In this document: one piece after another, positions 58,437 to 64,000 of the stretch
Layout of the letters: each line of letters begins with the position of its first letter
How positions within the stretch are numbered: the stretch's first letter is position 1
DNA from: a virus
Length of the DNA stretch: 64,000 nt
Reading direction: 5' to 3' (one strand)
Virus record (IMG/VR): IMGVR_UViG_3300020473_002200
Span: 96,001 to 160,000 of that record
Made by a program: the position numbers and the translations under genes
The notes under the pieces: generated by a model
The model's input: the letters and a program-made list of their open reading frames with translations, nothing else
Told to the model about the DNA's origin: nothing
Database searches by the model: none

Positions 58437-58969
58437 ATCTCCTACGCGAGTACATAAAAGAATTGCTATCTGAGAATAAGCTGTCCAGCGCTGAGATACA
58501 ACACCTGCAGGCCATCAAACGCGGTTCAAGACATGAACGACGACGACCTCAGGCAATCGTCATAGGCAGGCTAATAGATAAGGGTTTTGTAACCGGCGAT
58601 ATGAAAGGTAATCAATTTCTCCCAGGTTACGGCGCTTCATCTAGTGCTAGCAACCTTGCCATCACTCCAGAGGGTGAAGCAGCATTAAGAGCAACTTTAG
58701 GCAAGGCAGACTCAGACATGGCCAAGTACCAAAAGATAATAATGCAAGCGGTCATCGACGCTGCAGGCAGTTCGGTACCAGAACACGAGTTGCCAGGTTA
58801 CAACCCAAAGACATTCAAGCTAAGAGGAAAGTACCGCAAAGCGTTTGACGAGTTGCGTGGGTTCGGAAGTGACATCGACGCCTTAACGATACAGAGAGAT
58901 TCACAAGGCAACAGAATGGTTAGCCCAGGACCTGATTTTGAGCGTATTAAAAGCGAGTTAGGATTATGA
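58433..58969 (+). CDS. leader-tagged winged-helix-like protein
   Basis: RLIDKGFV...AITPEGEAAL. Confidence 0.45.
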   Translation: MNLLREYIKELLSENKLSSAEIQHLQAIKRGSRHERRRPQAIVIGRLIDKGFVTGDMKGNQFLPGYGASSSASNLAITPEGEAALRATLGKADSDMAKYQKIIMQAVIDAAGSSVPEHELPGYNPKTFKLRGKYRKAFDELRGFGSDIDALTIQRDSQGNRMVSPGPDFERIKSELGL

Positions 58970-59763
58970 AACTACTTCGCGAGTACATAAGAGAGCTACT
59001 GAAGGAAGATCCAATGGGTTTTGTTCAGGATCTCGCCGCGGCATCTGATCAATTCCGTGACGAAGACTTTAACGAGTTTCACGGCGGCAACCCAGGTAAG
59101 TCAGGAGGCAGGGCGATCAAGCGTGCATTTGCTGCCAACGCTGATTATAACTTTCTCAACTCCTTAGATACTGTTCATTGGATTAAAGACGCTTACAATC
59201 TCAAACCGCTCATAGGCAGATCTCGAGATGAATTATCAGCCACTATGACTCTGCCTAGCGAGCCTTTTAAAGCGCCAAGAGGTTTTAATGCTGACCTAGA
59301 GTTAGGCTTGTGGATAAAGGGTCGTATAACTCTGGCAGCCAATAGTCAAGACGACCTGTACACTGGTACTTACTTCGATTACATGAGAGGACGTGATCCC
59401 GAACAGTTTGAAAAAGATAAGCACCGCAAAGCATCATCAGGTGTAAACAAGAGACCCACTGTTTCAAAAGATTATAGCAGGTACGCAAAGCTAAAAAGAG
59501 GCAATGAGTACCATGAAAAGCTGGCCAGAAAGATTCCGTATGTTCTGGATCAGTCGACTTGGAATCCAGCTTCTATAAACGAGGCGCTAGTAGACAACTG
59601 GCGAGCAAAGGGACTGATTGTCTCGGACCAAAGTATTATCGATGCAATCAAGGACAACCCAGAAGGCGACGGTGTAGGCTGGCTAAAAGAATTTTATGAG
59701 ATGGCTGAGGTATTCGACGTTCCAATGTATGACACAGACAAAAACGTAATCTGGAGCCCGTAA
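58966..59763 (+). CDS. leader-tagged protein, possible ART-like fold
   Basis: TVHW, ELSAT, IKGRITLA..D, NEALV pattern. Confidence 0.5.
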   Translation: MKLLREYIRELLKEDPMGFVQDLAAASDQFRDEDFNEFHGGNPGKSGGRAIKRAFAANADYNFLNSLDTVHWIKDAYNLKPLIGRSRDELSATMTLPSEPFKAPRGFNADLELGLWIKGRITLAANSQDDLYTGTYFDYMRGRDPEQFEKDKHRKASSGVNKRPTVSKDYSRYAKLKRGNEYHEKLARKIPYVLDQSTWNPASINEALVDNWRAKGLIVSDQSIIDAIKDNPEGDGVGWLKEFYEMAEVFDVPMYDTDKNVIWSP

Positions 59764-60569
59764 TGAAACTACTACGCGAGTACATAAGAGAACTTTTAAA
59801 TGAGAAAGCCCGAGTGCGCGGCTATATTAAGCCGTCTTCTTCTTTTCACACACTTCTACAGTGGGAGCTTGTGGTAGAAGAATTACTACAGCTTCAGAAG
59901 CAGGGTGTTGATACTCGAGGAGGCATGAGCTTAAATCAGAGACTACTTCAGATAATCGATGAATATTTTGGTTTTCAATACAATATCGAGGTAGAGAGGT
60001 ACGATCTCCTAACTCAAAAGAACATTTTAGACTTCATCGAGGATTTTACCAATCACAGATTTTGGGGACTGGAGAGAGAGTTCGGTAGTTATTTTCCCGA
60101 TATAAGTAAGTTGAAGTTTGCTTACTTCTATTCTCGTGGAGATCTTGAGCCTCATGTACTGATGGATGAAGAATTTACAACTCAGATTTATGGTGGTCTA
60201 GACAATCAAAAACGTCTTAGTCACTATACAACTCAAGCGGGAGTAGAAAGAATTCAGGCAGCTATTGACTCAGGTCGACCTTTCGATATATCATGTTTCA
60301 CCGTTGCGGAACGCCCTTTCTTTAGACCTGAATCTAGCTTGGTCGTGGAGTTAATAGGTAATGTTCGTGGGGGTTTTAGGAGTGATATTAAATCTGTCGC
60401 AGTTGATACTGGGCGCAGAGCATGTAATATGTATAGACTAGAGTACCCTGGCAAAGATCAGGATAATATTTGTAGAGAGCTGGACTCTTGTGATAGCGAA
60501 GTTCGTACTTCTTTGTGGAATGAATATATAGCGACGCCTGAAAAGATATTAAGCGTTAAGAAGGTATAG
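59763..60569 (+). CDS. leader-tagged protein, possible ART-like fold
   Basis: LSHYT, DISCFT, LIGNVRGG..SD, WNEYI pattern, parallel to 58966. Confidence 0.5.
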   Translation: MKLLREYIRELLNEKARVRGYIKPSSSFHTLLQWELVVEELLQLQKQGVDTRGGMSLNQRLLQIIDEYFGFQYNIEVERYDLLTQKNILDFIEDFTNHRFWGLEREFGSYFPDISKLKFAYFYSRGDLEPHVLMDEEFTTQIYGGLDNQKRLSHYTTQAGVERIQAAIDSGRPFDISCFTVAERPFFRPESSLVVELIGNVRGGFRSDIKSVAVDTGRRACNMYRLEYPGKDQDNICRELDSCDSEVRTSLWNEYIATPEKILSVKKV

Positions 60570-60571
60570 GG

Positions 60572-61207
60572 ATGTCATCTCAACTTATCATGATTTTAAA
60601 AGAATCAATTTCAGTAGTTCCTACTGGAAAATATATCTTTCAGCATAAGGGGTATCCATTATCAGTTGAGGAGCAAGCAAAAGATCTAGCCGAGGTTGTC
60701 GCCCAGTATCAAAAAAGAAAAGTTTCAGATAAATTACAGAAGACATGCGATGAAAATTTTAATAAACTTTTTCAAGTTTTTTTGGAGTCCAAAGGTAGAA
60801 CGTACAACGTAGATTATTATGACATGGTGATCGTTGGTCTAAAGCCAATAATCATAAAGCTCAAGAAGTACTATGATCGCCCTAGGCCCGCTGCATTAGC
60901 CAAGAGTATGGGCATAGATTTTTTAGGTGATGAGCTCGATTCTGCCCAATCTCCGTCATATCCAAGCGGCCACACCATCCAGTCTTACGTAATGGCAAAA
61001 ATGTTAAGTGATCAATTTCCAGAGCATGAAGAGAACTTGCTTAAAATAGCAGAGATAATTTCACAATCAAGGATTGATCGCGGAGTACATTTTCCAACTG
61101 ATATAGAGTATGGTAAAGAAGTTGCCGAGTCTTTATTTCTTCAAATAAAAGAGGGTCTAGGCGGTGAAACGCCTCAAGACAGGCAAGTATACGATCAAAT
61201 GGATTAA
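60572..61207 (+). CDS. PAP2-family phosphatase / haloperoxidase
   Basis: KKYYDRPRP, SYPSGHT, SRIDRGVHFPTD. Confidence 0.88.
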   Translation: MSSQLIMILKESISVVPTGKYIFQHKGYPLSVEEQAKDLAEVVAQYQKRKVSDKLQKTCDENFNKLFQVFLESKGRTYNVDYYDMVIVGLKPIIIKLKKYYDRPRPAALAKSMGIDFLGDELDSAQSPSYPSGHTIQSYVMAKMLSDQFPEHEENLLKIAEIISQSRIDRGVHFPTDIEYGKEVAESLFLQIKEGLGGETPQDRQVYDQMD

Positions 61208-61285
61208 GAAAAGTTGAAAAACAACTAGACATCCATTAATTTATTAAATATTTAGATTAAAATAGATTCATCTATTGGGGGTTAT

Positions 61286-63439
61286 ATGCCGTATAAGTTT
61301 AAAGGTAAAAGGGACTGCACACAATCTGGTGGTTCAAAAGGCAAGTTTCAAACTGTCAAAAATGATGGATCAAAAAGATGTTATAAAACAGAAAAACAAT
61401 ACAAAGCGTCCCAAGCCTGGGCTCATGAATATGATGAGGCCGGCTACGGTGAAGAGATTAATGAGGATATTGCGCGAATTCTAGTTGGAGACTTTACTCT
61501 AGAAGAAGGGCAGGCTATTAATCCTAGAAAGCACTATTTGGATTCTGGTTATTCTGGTGGCGCCGCAAGAGCGATCAATTATATGACGTGGTTAAGCGAC
61601 GGAATGCCAACAGCTGCAGACAATAAGCCATACGCGGATGATATAGAAAACTTTATAAATTTTAGAAATTCTTATGGGGCTTTTGAAACATTTAGTTCTG
61701 CAACTCTTTTTTCATTTCAACAAACGGGTGATTTATCGAAAGATGAAATAGAGCTAGGGAAAGGAACAAAGATTCAACTTTTAGAACCCATGAGCAATAC
61801 CACCATAAATGATAATAAAGTAGCGATGAAAGGAAGAGCTGTTGGAAGTCTTATTAAGGTTAAAACCCAACAGGGTTTAGAAGGGTATCTTCACATTAAT
61901 AGAATTCATCATAATCTTGCTGGGACATCTAAAGGGAAAATTAATGATGCTGAAATTGGGGCTGCAATAGAAAGCGTCGTGTTTGCAGCGATTAATGGCC
62001 TGGGAAGGGATGAGGCTTTTGAAATGGCTGTAAGAGATCCAAGAGCTGCAAAATACCCTAACGCGAGTGATTCAGAAAAAGCTAGATTTGAATCCTTAAT
62101 GAAGTCGGGATATGATTCAGTGGAAAATTATTTGAGTAAAGACACTGCACCAAGCTTTTCAGATCCGGTTGACCCTCGGCCCCAAGAGGGAGAAGGTAAT
62201 ACTGCAGCAGTCGATGTCCCAGTAAACGCCGGCGGTCAAACTGCTGAGATTCATGTCAAGTATAATGACAAAACCAGGATGTTCGGTTTAAGAAAAGCAG
62301 ATGGATCTAAGGCTTCTCCTGAGTTTACAAAAGCCAGAAATGCTGTTTTAAGTCAATATGTTCCGACTTTACCAAGCTATATGTCTTGGGTTTCTAGCTA
62401 TAAAAAGAGAACTAATTTCGATCCTTATATGATAGCTGACTTAAGTAATAAAGAAGTTGAGGGTCGTTTAAGAAAGTTTGGAACGATAGAAATAGGTCCG
62501 GATTGGAATCCCATGACAGAAGCAACACCTGAGGGAGCCAGCAACGTTTTCTTAGATCCGAGAAGCTTAGTTACAAATATGCATAAGGACGGAATATTCC
62601 AGAGTGGAATTTCTTCTTTAATGCAGCTTGATCCTTTATTGCTAGCTAAGCCGCCGTTTGATTTAATACCGGGATTATTAAAGACAGACGTTGAAAACGC
62701 CATTAGACCAAATGCAGACCGTGCCCCTGGCGGCGTTTATTATTTCAACTTTTCCGGAAAGGGCTCAACCGCAACTCTTGAAGTGATGGCATTTGCTGTT
62801 GATTTAGAAGTGAATGTGGTAGTTCATAACTCAATTGAGGGTCAAAGCTCTAAATCCAAAGGTTATGATATTCAGGTAGAGGTAGGTGGGGAAACTTTGA
62901 CACCTTTTCAGATTCAGATAAGCTCTTTAGCAAGAGGTAAGCCGTTACAAGTTGGGAAGACTTCTGACTTGCCAAAATTACTTAGTTTAATAGATCCCGA
63001 AAAGAGTAATAAGGTTCCGGAAAGGGTCGAGAAAGTAATAGAGGACGGACTAATTAGAAAAATGATAGAAGAATTAACTGTTATTTCTGAAAGTCAAATC
63101 TCATTAATCATTGAAGAGCTCACAGGCGCAGATAAGTCTGAGATTAAAAAGATGATTGCTAAAGAAATTGAGGGTACCGCGAATAAGAAGATGACGCAAA
63201 AAGTGTTCCAGGCTGAATTTAATAAGGAGCTTAAAAAAGCGCTCGGCGTATCATTTATTGGTGAGCCTGGAAAAATTAATAAGTTTGTCGCAGACACTAT
63301 TCAGAAAGAAATAGAGAAAATGTTTAAAGATAAAGCAACTCAAAATCAAATTGGTGAAATAACAAAAGCTGTTATTAAAAAGCTTTATCGCGAACTAAGC
63401 TACTCTTCAGTTCACATCGTCGATAGAATCAAGCTCTAA
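61286..63439 (+). CDS. 717 aa multidomain hypothetical virion-like protein
   Basis: SH3b-like segment (ELGKGTKIQLL...VKTQQGLEGYLH); leader-like helices LIRKMIEE and ISLIIEE near the C-terminus. Confidence 0.65.
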   Translation: MPYKFKGKRDCTQSGGSKGKFQTVKNDGSKRCYKTEKQYKASQAWAHEYDEAGYGEEINEDIARILVGDFTLEEGQAINPRKHYLDSGYSGGAARAINYMTWLSDGMPTAADNKPYADDIENFINFRNSYGAFETFSSATLFSFQQTGDLSKDEIELGKGTKIQLLEPMSNTTINDNKVAMKGRAVGSLIKVKTQQGLEGYLHINRIHHNLAGTSKGKINDAEIGAAIESVVFAAINGLGRDEAFEMAVRDPRAAKYPNASDSEKARFESLMKSGYDSVENYLSKDTAPSFSDPVDPRPQEGEGNTAAVDVPVNAGGQTAEIHVKYNDKTRMFGLRKADGSKASPEFTKARNAVLSQYVPTLPSYMSWVSSYKKRTNFDPYMIADLSNKEVEGRLRKFGTIEIGPDWNPMTEATPEGASNVFLDPRSLVTNMHKDGIFQSGISSLMQLDPLLLAKPPFDLIPGLLKTDVENAIRPNADRAPGGVYYFNFSGKGSTATLEVMAFAVDLEVNVVVHNSIEGQSSKSKGYDIQVEVGGETLTPFQIQISSLARGKPLQVGKTSDLPKLLSLIDPEKSNKVPERVEKVIEDGLIRKMIEELTVISESQISLIIEELTGADKSEIKKMIAKEIEGTANKKMTQKVFQAEFNKELKKALGVSFIGEPGKINKFVADTIQKEIEKMFKDKATQNQIGEITKAVIKKLYRELSYSSVHIVDRIKL

Positions 63440-63442
63440 AAC

Positions 63443-64000
63443 ATGCTACAAAATCTAGTCGGTAATACTCCGCTTATTGAGTTATCTTCTGGGATACTCG
63501 TTAAGCTTGAAACATACAACCCCACGGGTTCCATTAAAGACCGTATAATTTCCTATATCGTCCGGAAAGCTGTCGAGTCTAAAGAGATCAAACCCGGTAT
63601 GACTCTGGTCGAAGCGACATCGGGAAATACTGGCATAGCGCTTTCTGCTATGGGATCTCACATCGGACACAAAGTTAAGATTATTATGCCGTCAAACATG
63701 TCGGAAGAGCGCAAACAGATGATGAGACTATTTGGCGCAGAGATAGTTGAGGTTGCTCCGCATGATTTTAAAGGCGCAATTGCCCTAAGGAATCAGATGG
63801 TGAAAGAAGGCTGTTGGTCTCCCAATCAGTTTGAGAATAAACTGAATATCGAATGCCACTTTAAAACTACAGCTGATGAAATATATAGACAGCTTCAAGA
63901 TATGGGAGAAGTCTGGGGTGCTTTTGTTTCTGGCGCTGGTACCGGCGGAACCATGATGGGTATTCAAAAATACGTGGAATGTGAAGGGTTGGGTACTCAA
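63443..64000 (+). CDS. cysK: cysteine synthase (CysK/CysM family), 3' partial (not in the ORF track)
   Basis: VGNTPLI, KLETYNPTGSIKDR (PLP Lys), EATSGNTGIAL, MSEERKQMMRLFGAE, NQFEN, GAGTGGT. Confidence 0.9.
   Translation, partial: MLQNLVGNTPLIELSSGILVKLETYNPTGSIKDRIISYIVRKAVESKEIKPGMTLVEATSGNTGIALSAMGSHIGHKVKIIMPSNMSEERKQMMRLFGAEIVEVAPHDFKGAIALRNQMVKEGCWSPNQFENKLNIECHFKTTADEIYRQLQDMGEVWGAFVSGAGTGGTMMGIQKYVECEGLGTQ

Overview
This 64 kb window reads as part of a large, AT-rich myovirus (jumbo-phage-like) genome. About 85 tightly packed, translationally coupled genes all lie on the + strand. From left to right: (1) end of a contractile tail/baseplate module (1-7.0 kb); (2) T4-like replication and repair genes, including a family A polymerase-like gene, gp32-like SSB, RecA, 5'-3' exonuclease, DnaB, class II RNR, ClpP, Fpg and DnaE; (3) a nucleotide-modification operon (19.8-32.3 kb); (4) acidic virion-like proteins plus SOD and small membrane proteins (30-40 kb); (5) GroEL, an apparently split sigma70 factor, peptide deformylase, GMPR/IMPDH and a myxobacterial CglF/GltF-like protein; (6) a 12 kb cassette array (48.9-60.6 kb); (7) a partial cysteine synthase at the right edge. 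Two candidate systems stand out. (A) A complete putative DNA hypermodification pathway: dCTPase-like enzyme, thymidylate-synthase homolog carrying the dCMP-specifying Asp, dNMP kinase, UDP-sugar 4-epimerase, UDP-galactopyranose mutase and a T4 beta-glucosyltransferase-like enzyme. Together these predict furanosyl (Galf or Araf) glycosylated hydroxymethylcytosine. (B) An array of about 16 unrelated cargo domains, each fused to one of two shared N-terminal leaders (M[KN]LLREYIRELLxE or MK[IV]TKxQLRRIIxE) that resemble the T4 capsid-targeting sequence and end in a gp21-type L/I-x-E site. Cargos include ADP-ribosyltransferase-like, GNAT, (p)ppGpp hydrolase-like, REase-fold and wHTH domains. The first leader is also a conserved DNA repeat that often supplies the upstream stop codon and brackets a captured ferredoxin gene. 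All family assignments come from motif recognition by eye and from remembered reference sequences; no searches were run.
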